Position numbers and translations under genes: made by a program
Source of the DNA: an uncultured Verrucomicrobiae bacterium
GTDB taxonomy: Bacteria; Verrucomicrobiota; Verrucomicrobiia; Opitutales; JABDGR01
Length of the DNA: 64,000 nt
Reading direction: 5' to 3'
NCBI GenBank assembly: GCA_963765205.1
Contig: CAVXVB010000005.1
Location: 626,285-690,284, forward strand
In this document: positions 9,083-19,044 of the stretch, piece after piece
Numbering within the stretch: position 1 is the first letter of the stretch
Layout of the letters: every line of letters begins with the position of its first letter
Notes under the pieces: model-generated
Told to the model about the DNA's origin: nothing
The model's database searches: none
Seen by the model: the letters and a program-made list of their open reading frames with translations, nothing else

Positions 9083-10105
9083 ATGAAAAAGCTCCTTCTT
9101 GCCGGCCTTTTGGGCCTTGCCACCCTTTCGGTGCATGCCGCCGATTCCGCCCCGACCTCGGTCACTCTGACCGGCTCTGGATCCACCTTCGTCAAGCCCA
9201 TCATGGATATCTGGGCTGAAAATTACGGCAATGTGGATACGATGGTGAAAATCAGTTATGCTGGCGGTGGCTCCGGGGTGGGGCAAAAGAACATTTTGGA
9301 CGGTACGGTTGATTTCGGCGGCTCGGATGGCCCGATGACCGATGCCCAGCTGGCGACCGCCAAAAGCAAAATTTTGCACCTGCCCGTGGTCGCGGGCGCG
9401 GTGGTTGTCATTTACAATTTGCCGGGCGTGCCCACCCTCAAGTTCGATGGTGCGACGCTGGCCAATATCTTTCTCGGCAAAATCACCAAGTGGAGTGATC
9501 CCGCCATTGCCGCGCTTAATCCCGGCGTCAAGCTGCCGGACACGGATATTTCCTCGGTTCATCGCTCCGACGGCAGCGGCACCACCTACATATTCACGGA
9601 TTACCTCTGCAGTGTGAGTCCGGAATGGAACAAAAATGTGGGCAAGAAAACGGCTGTTGAGTGGCCGGGCGGCGTCGGAGCATCGGGCAGCGCAGGTGTG
9701 ACGGCCCAAGTGCAGAAGACCGCTGGCGGCATTGGCTACGTCGAACTGATCTACGCCCTCAGCAACAAGATCGCCTTTGCCGACATGAAGAACGCCGCCG
9801 GCAAATATGTCACGGCTTCCCTTGATGGAGTCAGCCAGGCACTGGCCACGGCCACGATTCCCGATGACTTCCGTTTTTCCTATGTCAACGCCCCGGGCGA
9901 CGCATCCTACCCAATTTCCGGGGTCACCTGGCTGCTGGTTCCCCAGGTGTCGAAGGATCCGGCCAAGGGCCAAAAGCTGGTCGCGTTTCTCAAATGGATC
10001 TACACCGACTCGAAGGCCCAGAAGATGTCCGCTGATAAGTTTTACGCGCCCATCCCGGATGCGGTGGTCAAACGCATTCTTACTGCGATTGACACGATAA
10101 AGTAA
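9083..10105 (+). CDS. pstS: Phosphate ABC transporter substrate-binding protein
   Basis: Signal peptide; GSGSTF, GGGSGVG, DFGGSD, HRSDGSGTT, YPISGVTW. Confidence 0.97.
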   Translation: MKKLLLAGLLGLATLSVHAADSAPTSVTLTGSGSTFVKPIMDIWAENYGNVDTMVKISYAGGGSGVGQKNILDGTVDFGGSDGPMTDAQLATAKSKILHLPVVAGAVVVIYNLPGVPTLKFDGATLANIFLGKITKWSDPAIAALNPGVKLPDTDISSVHRSDGSGTTYIFTDYLCSVSPEWNKNVGKKTAVEWPGGVGASGSAGVTAQVQKTAGGIGYVELIYALSNKIAFADMKNAAGKYVTASLDGVSQALATATIPDDFRFSYVNAPGDASYPISGVTWLLVPQVSKDPAKGQKLVAFLKWIYTDSKAQKMSADKFYAPIPDAVVKRILTAIDTIK

Positions 10106-10146
10106 CCAAAATTTGCTGGCACATCAAGTGCTGAACATTCATTACC

Positions 10147-10184
10147 AAACCGGGCGGAGAGTCCCATCCTTTCCGTCCGGTTTT
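10147..10184 (+). terminator. Stem-loop between pstS and pstC (partial terminator or mRNA stabiliser)
   Basis: AAACCGGGCGGA...TCCGTCCGGTTTT. Confidence 0.55.
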
Positions 10185-10194
10185 CTGTCTAATC

Positions 10195-11193
10195 ATGAAT
10201 AAAGCCACGACCCAAGCCGTGCCGGTGAGCACGGCCGATTTACCGGCCAGCGCCGCCGACCTGCCCATGCCGAATCGCTTGGGCAACCGCTTGTTTGAGG
10301 GAGTGACCTTCCTGTCAGCGTCGATGATTGGGGTTTGTTTTCTCCTGGTTGCCTACGTTTTGGTTAAAGGCTCGGCAACCGCGATTAAGCAATATGGGTT
10401 TGGTTTTTTGACCAATATCCACTGGAATCCGGTGACGGAAAATTTCGGCGCTCTACCGTTCATCCTCGGCACGCTGTCCACTGCGGCCATCGCGCTGATT
10501 ATTGCCGTGCCTCTTAGCATCGGTACGGCGAGTTTTCTGACGGATCTGGCGCCGCTGTGGATGCGCCAGCCTTTGACCTCGGTGATTGAAATGCTGGCCG
10601 CCGTGCCCAGTGTGATTTGGGGTCTGTGGGGCTTGTTTGTGTTGCTGCCTTGGCTGCACGACAATGTCTATGTATGGATTAACAAGCATTTTAGCGGCAT
10701 CCCGCTTTTTGCCGGACCGATAGAGGGCGCCGGTTCCTGCATCCTCTCCGCTGGCATCATTGTGGCGATTATGATCCTGCCCATTGTCACCTCCGTCTCG
10801 CGCGAAATCCTGCGCTCGGTGCCGGATTTGCAACGCGAAGCCGCCTACGGTTTGGGTGCCACCCGCTGGGAAGTCACCCGCATCGCCGTGCTGAGTTACG
10901 CGCGCCGTGGGTTGATGGGTGCGGCGGTACTCGGCTTGGGCCGAGCCTTGGGCGAGACCATGGCGGTCACGATGGTGGTCGGCAATAGCCCGGTCATCCA
11001 TGCCTCGTTGTTGCAGCCCGGCTGGACTTTGGCCAGCGTGATTGCCAACCAATTTGGCGAAGCCTCGGATGATTTGATGCGCAGCGTGCTCTTCGAAATC
11101 GGCTTGGTACTGGTCGGCGTCACGATTCTCGTCAATATCGGCGCGCTTATCTTGATTCGTTCCATTGAAACCGCCGGTTCGCGCCGGGCCTGA
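10195..11193 (+). CDS. pstC: Phosphate ABC transporter permease PstC
   Basis: IEMLAAVPSVIWGLWG, EAAYGLGATRWE, GRALGETMAV. Confidence 0.96.
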   Translation: MNKATTQAVPVSTADLPASAADLPMPNRLGNRLFEGVTFLSASMIGVCFLLVAYVLVKGSATAIKQYGFGFLTNIHWNPVTENFGALPFILGTLSTAAIALIIAVPLSIGTASFLTDLAPLWMRQPLTSVIEMLAAVPSVIWGLWGLFVLLPWLHDNVYVWINKHFSGIPLFAGPIEGAGSCILSAGIIVAIMILPIVTSVSREILRSVPDLQREAAYGLGATRWEVTRIAVLSYARRGLMGAAVLGLGRALGETMAVTMVVGNSPVIHASLLQPGWTLASVIANQFGEASDDLMRSVLFEIGLVLVGVTILVNIGALILIRSIETAGSRRA

Positions 11194-11233
11194 AGTTGTT
11201 TTTCCATTTTTCCTTTTCAAGCTAACGCCCGCC

Positions 11234-12076
11234 ATGAACTCCCGCTACGATAATTATCGCAAGTTGAAAAGCTCATTCATGAGTTTTCTGGCGGTGGTTT
11301 GCGCCTTGCTGGTGGTGTTGCCGCTGTTCCTTGTGCTATTTCACTTGCTGAAGATGGGCTTTAGTTCGCTCAACTGGGATTTTTTCACGAAACTGCCCAA
11401 AGGGGCCGGGGAGGAAGGCGGCGGCATGGCCAACGGCATCGTCGGCACGCTGGAACTCATGGGTTTGGCTTTGGTGATGGGCGTTCCGCTGGGACTGCTT
11501 GGCGGGATTTATCTCTCGGAATATGGTTCTGAAAAAGTGAATGGACTGATCCGGTTTGGCGCCGACGTGCTCAATGGTGTGCCCTCGATTGTCTGGGGCT
11601 TGGTTGGTTACACGCTGGTGGTGGTTCCTATGGGAGGTTATTCCGCACTTTCGGGAGGTATTGCGCTGGCCTTCATCATGTTGCCCCTCGTGCTGCGCAC
11701 CACGGAAGAAGTCCTGGTGCTGGTTCCCAATTCTTACCGCGAAGCCGGCATGGCCCTTGGCATCCCGCGCTGGAAGATCACCTTTAACATCGTGTTGCGT
11801 ACGGCTTTCAAAGGCATCATCACGGGCGTCCTGCTCGCGCTCGGCCGCGTGGCGGGCGAGACGGCGCCGATTCTTTTCACTGCACTCGGCAGTTCGGTTT
11901 GGAATACCAGCATCAAGGAGCCGATTTCGGCGCTGCCCATCCAAATCTATTATTACGCGATCTCCCCATTCGCCGACCAGAACCGCCAAGCATGGGCCGG
12001 CGCGCTGGTGCTGATTTTGATGGTCTTCCTGCTGAGCGCCTCGGTTCGAGTGCTGTCCAGCCGCCGCAAAAAATGA
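11234..12076 (+). CDS. pstA: Phosphate ABC transporter permease PstA
   Basis: LNGVPSIVWGL, REAGMALG, GRVAGETAP. Confidence 0.95.
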   Translation: MNSRYDNYRKLKSSFMSFLAVVCALLVVLPLFLVLFHLLKMGFSSLNWDFFTKLPKGAGEEGGGMANGIVGTLELMGLALVMGVPLGLLGGIYLSEYGSEKVNGLIRFGADVLNGVPSIVWGLVGYTLVVVPMGGYSALSGGIALAFIMLPLVLRTTEEVLVLVPNSYREAGMALGIPRWKITFNIVLRTAFKGIITGVLLALGRVAGETAPILFTALGSSVWNTSIKEPISALPIQIYYYAISPFADQNRQAWAGALVLILMVFLLSASVRVLSSRRKK

Positions 12077-12100
12077 GCGAATGTTGCTCGCCTTTTCACC

Positions 12101-12988
12101 ATGAATCCCGTTATTACCAACAAGCCTTTCGTTATGAGCGACCCCGTCAAACCCGCCGCCCCTGCACCGGTGCAACCGCCCGCGCCGGCTTCGACTCCCG
12201 CGCCCGTGGCCCCCGCGCCCGCCGCGCCGCTGGAAATCGCCTTTGACATCCAGGACTTGAGCATTTTTTACGGCACTCACCAAGCCGTAAAGAACGTCAC
12301 CATGCACATTCCCTCGGGCAGTGTGACGGCCATCATCGGCCCCAGCGGCTGCGGCAAGTCCACCGCCCTGCGCGCGCTCAACCGCATGCACGAGCTGACG
12401 CCCGGCGCCCGCCACACCGGCAAAATTTTGATGAAGGGCCAGGATCTATACGGCCCCGGCATTGACGCGACCGTGGTGCGCCGCCGCGTCGGCATGGTAT
12501 TCCAGAAATCGAATCCCTTCCCCACGCTTTCGATTGCGGAAAACGTCCTTGTCGGCCTGCGGCTCAACGGCGTGCGCGACAAGGCTTTTCTCAACAAGCG
12601 CCTCGAAGAGTCGCTGCGCATGGCGGCGCTGTGGGACGAGGTGAAGGACTTCCTCAACCGCCCCGGCACCGGCCTCTCCGGCGGCCAGCAGCAGCGCCTG
12701 TGCATCGCGCGCGCGCTGGCCGTGCGCCCGGAAATTTTGCTGATGGACGAGCCGTGCTCCGCACTCGACCCCATCGCGACCGCCAAGGTCGAAGAGCTCA
12801 TCCACGCGCTCAAGTCGCAATACACCGTCGTCATCGTCACCCACAACATGCAGCAGGCCGCGCGTGTGTCGGAAAAGACGGCCTTCTTCTACATGGGCAA
12901 GCTGATTGAATACGGCCCCACCGAGCAAATTTTCATGAATCCGAAAGACCCGCAGACCGAAGCGTATGTGTCCGGGAGGTTCGGTTGA
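12101..12988 (+). CDS. pstB: Phosphate ABC transporter ATP-binding protein
   Basis: [49 protein letters not shown]. Confidence 0.97.
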   Translation: MNPVITNKPFVMSDPVKPAAPAPVQPPAPASTPAPVAPAPAAPLEIAFDIQDLSIFYGTHQAVKNVTMHIPSGSVTAIIGPSGCGKSTALRALNRMHELTPGARHTGKILMKGQDLYGPGIDATVVRRRVGMVFQKSNPFPTLSIAENVLVGLRLNGVRDKAFLNKRLEESLRMAALWDEVKDFLNRPGTGLSGGQQQRLCIARALAVRPEILLMDEPCSALDPIATAKVEELIHALKSQYTVVIVTHNMQQAARVSEKTAFFYMGKLIEYGPTEQIFMNPKDPQTEAYVSGRFG

Positions 12989-12994
12989 TTTATC

Positions 12995-13089
12995 AGAAGG
13001 TGGAATATAGAAGGCAGGAGGTAGAATAATTCATTGCCACTGCCGACTGTTTTTACCTTCTAGATTCCACCTCCTACCTTCTACCTTCT
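12995..13089. repeat. Inverted pair of heptamer arrays
   Basis: AGAAGGT GGAATAT AGAAGGC AGGAGGT ... ACCTTCT AGATTCC ACCTCCT ACCTTCT ACCTTCT. Confidence 0.85.
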
Positions 13090-13095
13090 AAAAAA

Positions 13096-13770
13096 ATGAA
13101 ACGCTACTTTCACCACGAACTCGAGGACCTGCGCAAGCACCTCATCCTCATGGGCGAGCGCACGATTGATTCCGTGCGCCTGGCCATGCAAGCACTCCTC
13201 GCGGACGACGTGTCCATGGCCGGCCAGGTCATCGCCCTGGACGACGAAATTGACCGGCTCGAGGTGCTGATTGACGCCGAGTGCGTGCGCTACATCACCC
13301 TGCGCCAGCCGGTGGCCCACGACGTGCGCCTGATGACCGTCGCCATGAAGGCCAACCACGAACTCGAACGCGCCGGCGACGAGGCCACCAGCATTGCCAA
13401 GCGCGCCCGCCGCCTCGCCGAATTCGGCAAAGTGGACGATTTCTTCAATATCCCCCGCATGGGCGACCTCGCCCTCGAACAACTCCGCGACGCGATGGAT
13501 TCCTTCATTGCCGAAGACGCGGACAAGGCGATCCTCGTGCCCCGGCGCGACAAGGAAGTGGACGACCTCAACCGCGAAAATTATGTCCGGATCACCGACA
13601 AAATTTCCGCGCACCCGGAGACCTCGCATGCCAACATCGAGCTGATTTTCATTTCCAAGTCCCTTGAGCGCATCGCCGACCACGCCACCAACATCGCCGA
13701 GGAAGTCGTCTATTTGCTCAAAGGCGAGGATGTACGCCACACGCCTGAAGTCCGGCGGTCGGTGATGTAG
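13096..13770 (+). CDS. phoU: Phosphate signalling protein PhoU
   Basis: QPVAHDVR, ELERAGD, LERIADHATNIAEEV; ends the pst operon. Confidence 0.96.
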   Translation: MKRYFHHELEDLRKHLILMGERTIDSVRLAMQALLADDVSMAGQVIALDDEIDRLEVLIDAECVRYITLRQPVAHDVRLMTVAMKANHELERAGDEATSIAKRARRLAEFGKVDDFFNIPRMGDLALEQLRDAMDSFIAEDADKAILVPRRDKEVDDLNRENYVRITDKISAHPETSHANIELIFISKSLERIADHATNIAEEVVYLLKGEDVRHTPEVRRSVM

Positions 13771-13858
13771 TTGCCTTTGCGGCCACCCCATGGGCCGCGC
13801 TAACCCTTATGCTTCCGCGCCCTCCGGCGCTCCGGGATGGAGCTTCTCTTTGTTTGTC

Positions 13859-14269
13859 ATGAGTAATCTCACTGCTGTGCAACGTCTTTACGCCGCCTTG
13901 GCCCAGGGCGATCACGCCATCGCGCGCGAGTTGTTCGCGCCCGAGATCGAATGGATTCACACGGCGGGCTTTCCCGGCGGCGGCCGGCATGTCGGGGCCG
14001 AGGCGGTGGTGCATGAGGTATTTGACCAGCATCGCGATGACTGGACGGAATGGCAGGCCGTCGTCCACCAATGGCTTGAAATGGGCGACACCGTGGTGGC
14101 GCTCGGCGAATACCGGGGCACCAGCCGCGAGACCGCCCGTTTCATGACGGCCGCCTTTGCCCATGTTTACGACCTGCAAGACGGCAAAATCATCCGCTTC
14201 CGTGAATACGCCGACACCGCCCACATCCGCGACGCCCTGCCACCCCACGTCCACACCCGGCCAATTTAA
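13859..14269 (+). CDS. SnoaL/NTF2-like family protein
   Basis: VQRLYAALAQGD...APEIEW...FAHVYDLQDGKIIRFREYADT. Confidence 0.85.
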   Translation: MSNLTAVQRLYAALAQGDHAIARELFAPEIEWIHTAGFPGGGRHVGAEAVVHEVFDQHRDDWTEWQAVVHQWLEMGDTVVALGEYRGTSRETARFMTAAFAHVYDLQDGKIIRFREYADTAHIRDALPPHVHTRPI

Positions 14270-14438
14270 GCGGGCGGGCCGAACTTAAGGCTGATGTTCA
14301 ATGCGAGGACAGGAAGGATGCAGAGTGGAAACTTTGCAAAAACTGTTTTTCAAATGAATCCCTTTTGGCGCTCTTTGCACCTTGGCGGCGCATCGTTGTC
14401 TTGGGGTTAAAACTCCCCCTTCATCGGCAAGAAGAACG

Positions 14439-15076
14439 CTAATTGCCGCCTTGGCGACTAACTGTTTTGCCGCTTGTGCTTTTCGGGCCATGGCGTTCAA
14501 GCAGGCCGTGGACAATGGCCTTCCCCGCGCCGCCTGTGCCATGGATGGCTTCCTGACGGCGGCTGGCGTGCATATTTTTGGAGAGACCGCCGATGTAGGT
14601 TTCATCGCTTTCGACTTCGCCCGCGAACTTTTTGAAGGTGCCGGACTGCATCGCAACGCGGACACGGTGAAGCATATGCCACGCACTCGCCTGCCTGACA
14701 CCCAACGCGCGGGCCAGTTCGCAACTGCTAATACCGTTCTTTGCGTTGGAAATGCTCCATACGGCGACGAACCATTTATTGAGGGGTAGAGGGCTATCCT
14801 CAAAAATCGTGCCTACCTTGACCGAAAACTGCTTGCGGCAGCCCTTGGCGCGGCATTGATACATCCGGCGGCTGGCAATGTTGCCAATGTCTTGACCGCC
14901 GCACGCGGGGCAGGTAGGCTTGCCATCGGGCCACTTGATGCTCGCCATGTAGGTATGGCAAACGTCAAGGTCAGCAAAGTATTCGACTGCCTGCATGAGG
15001 GTTTGTGGACTGGTTTTCTCTGTATTCATGCCCTCAATATAGCACAGATTCTTGATGATTCAAGCGTATAATTGCC
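14439..15076 (-). mobile_element. Truncated IS1595-family element (transposase ORF 15029-14439, left end only)
   Basis: Zn ribbon CPACG...QCRAKGC, FSVKVGTIFEDS, HTH ISSCELARALGV, and first catalytic Asp in VESDETYIGG. The rest of the DDE domain is absent. Terminus GGCAATTATAC at 15076-15066. Confidence 0.88.
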
Positions 15077-15147
15077 CAAATTAGGACACTGCCAAGGATT
15101 GAAAGAATATCGTTTTTTGGCGCGGGTTGTTTTGGATAAGAAAATTA

Positions 15148-15235
15148 AACCACGGAGGACACGGTGAACACGGAGCCGAATTCAACCCGAAACCCGAAAC
15201 TAACTTTCTCCGTGTCCTCCGTGCGCTCCGTGGTT
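15148..15235. repeat. 9-mer-based inverted repeat element, copy A
   Basis: AAC CACGGAGGA CACGGTGAA CACGGAG ... CTCCGTGTC CTCCGTGCG CTCCGTGGTT; the loop holds AACCCGA AACCCGA. Confidence 0.85.
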
Positions 15236-15242
15236 AAAATCT

Positions 15243-16787
15243 TCATTTCCCTGGCGTTCCCCCACTCGGGTCGGTCGGCGTTCCGCCCGCGCCGCCGACC
15301 TCAGCCGACACCGAAGCGGTGTTGGCTACCAAGACCGGCCCGGCAAATTCGAGGGCGGCCACCGACACATCCGGGTCGGGCGCGGCGCCCGGCAGCGTTA
15401 CCACCAGGCCCGCGTCCGTCATCGTCGTGTTCACCGCGGCGCCATTGGCCAGCAACCGGCCGGACCGCGCGGCTTGTTTAAGGCCTGGCAAAAGTATTTT
15501 CCCATCCTCGGGCCAGTCCCACACATGCAGGTAAAGCGTCGTGCTGCCGTTGGGTTCGGCCTTTAGCGTCGCGCGCCCCCACGGGAGCGGGTCAACGTAA
15601 GGCCCGGCCTCCGTGGCATAAATCGCCGCGCCGTTGGTTTTCAGCCAGCGGCCCATCGCCATCAGCCGGTCCACTTCCGGTTGCGGAATCACCCCTGCGG
15701 CGGTCGGCCCGATATTCAAGAGATAATTGCCGCCCTTGCTCGCAATGTCCGAAAGATTGTGGATGAGCGTCTGCGCGGATTTCCAATTGGTGTCCCCGGC
15801 GTTATAACCCCACGAGTTGTTGATCGTCATGCAGACCTCGAATCCGCGGCCCAACGGGTCGGTGGCGATTTGCTGTTCCGGCGTCGCCGTGTCCCCCAGC
15901 ACGCCCCCGCCCAGGCGGTTATTCATGATGAGGTCGGGATGGGACGCGACCAAATCAAAGAAGGGTTTCGCACGCTCGGGTGTCATCGAGTATTCCGTGT
16001 CAAAAAACAGATACGCCGGATGGTATTTGTCCAGCAGTTCGCGCACCTGGGGCAGCGCAATGGTTTTGAGATACTCGTCAAAATCGCCCTTCTTTTGCTC
16101 GTCGTCCCACGGCTGCGTGTTGCCCTTGCCTCCGCCGAGGTTCACCCAGTCCTGCGACTGCGAATAATACAGGCCAAATTTGATGCCCTTCGCGCGCACC
16201 GCGTCGGCCAGCGGTTGCAACAAATCCCGGCCCGCGGCGGACGCCTTCACCGCGTTCCAGTCGGAATACTGGGAATCATACAGCGTGAACCCATCGTGGT
16301 GCTTCGCGGTGATGACCATATATTTCGCGCCCGCGTCCGCGATCAGTTGCGCCCACGCCTGCGGATCATATTTCGCCGCCGTGAAGCCCTTCGCATACGC
16401 CTTGTAATCCGCCACCGGCACCTTGCCCTGGTTAATATACCATTCGCCCCGCGCCGGCACCGCATAAACGCCCCAATGGATGAAAATGCCAAACCGCGCC
16501 TCGTGAAACCATTGCATCCGCGCCGCGCGCGCCGCCTGCGTTTCATGGCGGACCATTACCGGGTAGGCGGGCAGCCCGGCCCCGCCTTCATGGAGAAAAA
16601 TCCCCGAGGAATTATTGCCGCCGCCTGCGCCGCGGTTGCCCCGCCGACCCGTGCCCACTGGCGCCGTCCCCCCCGCCGAAGCCGCCGCGGGTGACGGCGC
16701 GGTTGCAGGAGCCGGCGCATCCGCCGCAAATATAATAAAGGGCCCAACAGCCAGCGCGAAAAAAAAGGCGATGATTTTTATATTCAT
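15243..16787 (-). CDS. Alpha-L-fucosidase (GH29), secreted
   Basis: WFHEARFGIFIHWG, ITAKHHDGF, FFD nucleophile region, EVCMTINNSWGY, SKGGNYLLNIGP. Confidence 0.93.
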   Translation of the reverse strand: MNIKIIAFFFALAVGPFIIFAADAPAPATAPSPAAASAGGTAPVGTGRRGNRGAGGGNNSSGIFLHEGGAGLPAYPVMVRHETQAARAARMQWFHEARFGIFIHWGVYAVPARGEWYINQGKVPVADYKAYAKGFTAAKYDPQAWAQLIADAGAKYMVITAKHHDGFTLYDSQYSDWNAVKASAAGRDLLQPLADAVRAKGIKFGLYYSQSQDWVNLGGGKGNTQPWDDEQKKGDFDEYLKTIALPQVRELLDKYHPAYLFFDTEYSMTPERAKPFFDLVASHPDLIMNNRLGGGVLGDTATPEQQIATDPLGRGFEVCMTINNSWGYNAGDTNWKSAQTLIHNLSDIASKGGNYLLNIGPTAAGVIPQPEVDRLMAMGRWLKTNGAAIYATEAGPYVDPLPWGRATLKAEPNGSTTLYLHVWDWPEDGKILLPGLKQAARSGRLLANGAAVNTTMTDAGLVVTLPGAAPDPDVSVAALEFAGPVLVANTASVSAEVGGAGGTPTDPSGGTPGK

Positions 16788-17019
16788 GGGACACAGGGGG
16801 TATAATTGCCTAACTTGGCCATAATCCTTCTCTCGCCAGAACGTTAAATCAAGGCATTTATAGGTCATAATCTTGTCCACATTGAGGGGACAATTATTTA
16901 TCGAGTGGCGTCTGTGTTTGCATTTCACGCCTTTGCCTATCGGCTTACGAGGATGACACCCGCGCGGCACTCCACTCCATTTTCTCGATCTTCGCGTCTG
17001 GGCGGTGAAGGATTCTGCC

Positions 17020-18267
17020 TCACTTTGCCGAAAACCGATACTCCGTCTCGCTCGTGAAGGCCTCGCCCGGACGCAGGATGATCGAGGGGAAATTGGGGTG
17101 GTGGACGGCGTCCGGAAAATGCTGGGTTTCGAGGGCGATAAAGCCTGGCGCGCGCCCGCCGCGGCCCGCAGGAGCGCCGGCGCTCAACGTGCTGGTGTAG
17201 AGTTGGATGCCCGGCTGGTTCGTCCAGACTTCCATGATGCGGCCCGTCGTCGGCTCGGAAACCCGCGCCGCAAACGTCAGCGCGCTCCCCGCATCCTTGT
17301 CCTTATTCAAGACGAAGCTGTGGTCGTAATGCGGGCCGGCGCCAAGCTGCGCGGCCCGCGCGCCGAGCGCCGTCGGCTGCGTGAAGTCCATGGCCGTGTC
17401 CTTCACCGGAGCAATCTCTCCCGTCGGGATGAGCGTCGCGTCCGCCACCGTGTAACGGTCGGCGTTGATCATCAATTCATAATTGCTCGGATTGCCCGTG
17501 CCGCCCGCGAGGTTGAAATAGGCGTGGTTCGTCAGGTTCACCGGCGTCGCTTTATCCGTCGTGGCGGAGTATTCCAAGCGGAAGGTGTTTTGGTCGGTCA
17601 GCGTGTAGGTGACGCTCACGGTGAGCGTCCCCGGGAAACCCTCCTCGCCATCCATGCTCACGTAGGTGAGCTTGACCGCCGGCTCGCCAGCCTTGTCCAT
17701 GGCCAGCACTCGCGCCTTCCAGATGACTTTATTGAAGCCGATCTTTCCACCATGCAGCGTGTTCGCGCCATCATTGGCAAACAGCTTGTAATCGTGCCCG
17801 TCGAGCGTGAAACCCGCCCCGGCGATGCGGTTGGCCACCCGGCCCATCACCGACGCGAGCTGGTTAAACTGCAGGAAATTCGCCGGCGCCGCCGGGGCCA
17901 GCACCACATTCGCAAATTTCCCGTCGCGATTAGGTACGCTCACCTCGACGATGGTCGCCCCGTAAGAGATTATCTTCACCTCCGCGCCGTGGTGGTTGGT
18001 CAGCGTATACAAATCCACCTTCGCGCCATCCGCCGTTTGGCCGTAAGCGGATTCGACCACCCCAGCAAGCGCGGAAGCTTGAGACGCGGCGGGCACCGGG
18101 GTCGGAGCGGGAGTTGGGGCAGGTGGAATGTTCCGCGCGCCCGCCGCCGGTGCCAAAGCTGTCGCAGCCCCGCCCTCCGGCGCCGTTTCAGCCGCCGACA
18201 CGCTCCCGCCCAGCAGCACGCCCGCGGCAAACAATCCAAGAACCTTGACCTCGGGCAGGAACTTCAT
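17020..18267 (-). CDS. galM: Aldose 1-epimerase (mutarotase) with a signal peptide
   Basis: GRVANRI, LHGG, NLTNHAYFNL, YDHSF, ALETQHFPD. Confidence 0.93.
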   Translation of the reverse strand: MKFLPEVKVLGLFAAGVLLGGSVSAAETAPEGGAATALAPAAGARNIPPAPTPAPTPVPAASQASALAGVVESAYGQTADGAKVDLYTLTNHHGAEVKIISYGATIVEVSVPNRDGKFANVVLAPAAPANFLQFNQLASVMGRVANRIAGAGFTLDGHDYKLFANDGANTLHGGKIGFNKVIWKARVLAMDKAGEPAVKLTYVSMDGEEGFPGTLTVSVTYTLTDQNTFRLEYSATTDKATPVNLTNHAYFNLAGGTGNPSNYELMINADRYTVADATLIPTGEIAPVKDTAMDFTQPTALGARAAQLGAGPHYDHSFVLNKDKDAGSALTFAARVSEPTTGRIMEVWTNQPGIQLYTSTLSAGAPAGRGGRAPGFIALETQHFPDAVHHPNFPSIILRPGEAFTSETEYRFSAK

Positions 18268-18929
18268 GAGTGGGTTTTCAACGAGGATTCAATCGCCGCC
18301 TGCGCGGCCCGATACTGCGGCTCTAAATCTCCCAGGGCGGAAATGCACATGCCCAGATTGCGGATGAGTCCATCTTTAAGCCCGTAAATCCAGCTATGCA
18401 CTGTCAACGGCTGCCCCCGTTGCCAGGCGTCGCGCGCAATCGAGGTGTGGCACACGTTCGCCACTTGTTCGATCACATTGAACTCGCACAAAACATTTGT
18501 CCGCAATTCGTCCCCGCGCGGCAGATGGACGCTGGCCCGGTGCTTCTCGGCGACATCCTGCACATGGCGCAGCCAGTTGTCGGCCAGCCCGATCCGGTCG
18601 CCCCGCAGCGCCGCGCGCACGCCGCTGCACCCATAATGCCCGCACACGATGATGTGCCGCACCTTCAGCACATCCACCGCGAACTGCATCACCGACAGGC
18701 AGTTCAAATCCGTATGCACCACCACGTTGGCGATGTTGCGGTGGACGAACAGCTCGCCCGGCAGCAGGTTCACGATCTCGTTGGCCGGCACCCGGCTGTC
18801 CGAACACCCGATCCACAAATACTCGGGCGACTGCTGGCGCGACAGCTTCGGGAAAAACTCCGGGTCGCGCGCCCGGATGGCGTCCGCCCACGCGCGGTTC
18901 TGCGCAAAGAGATGTTGCAAAGGTCCCAT
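18264..18929 (-). CDS. can: Beta-class carbonic anhydrase
   Basis: WIGCSDSRVP, FVHRNIAN, CGHYGC. Confidence 0.96.
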   Translation of the reverse strand: MGPLQHLFAQNRAWADAIRARDPEFFPKLSRQQSPEYLWIGCSDSRVPANEIVNLLPGELFVHRNIANVVVHTDLNCLSVMQFAVDVLKVRHIIVCGHYGCSGVRAALRGDRIGLADNWLRHVQDVAEKHRASVHLPRGDELRTNVLCEFNVIEQVANVCHTSIARDAWQRGQPLTVHSWIYGLKDGLIRNLGMCISALGDLEPQYRAAQAAIESSLKTHS

Positions 18930-19044
18930 GGCGCCCCCCATCCTCCGCGCCCCCGCCGCCTTGTCGATAGAAATTTTCTGCTCCTACTACGCCGCCCGCA
19001 AACCTGCGCTCGCCAAACGACCGCCCATCCCTTAAATTGGCCGC

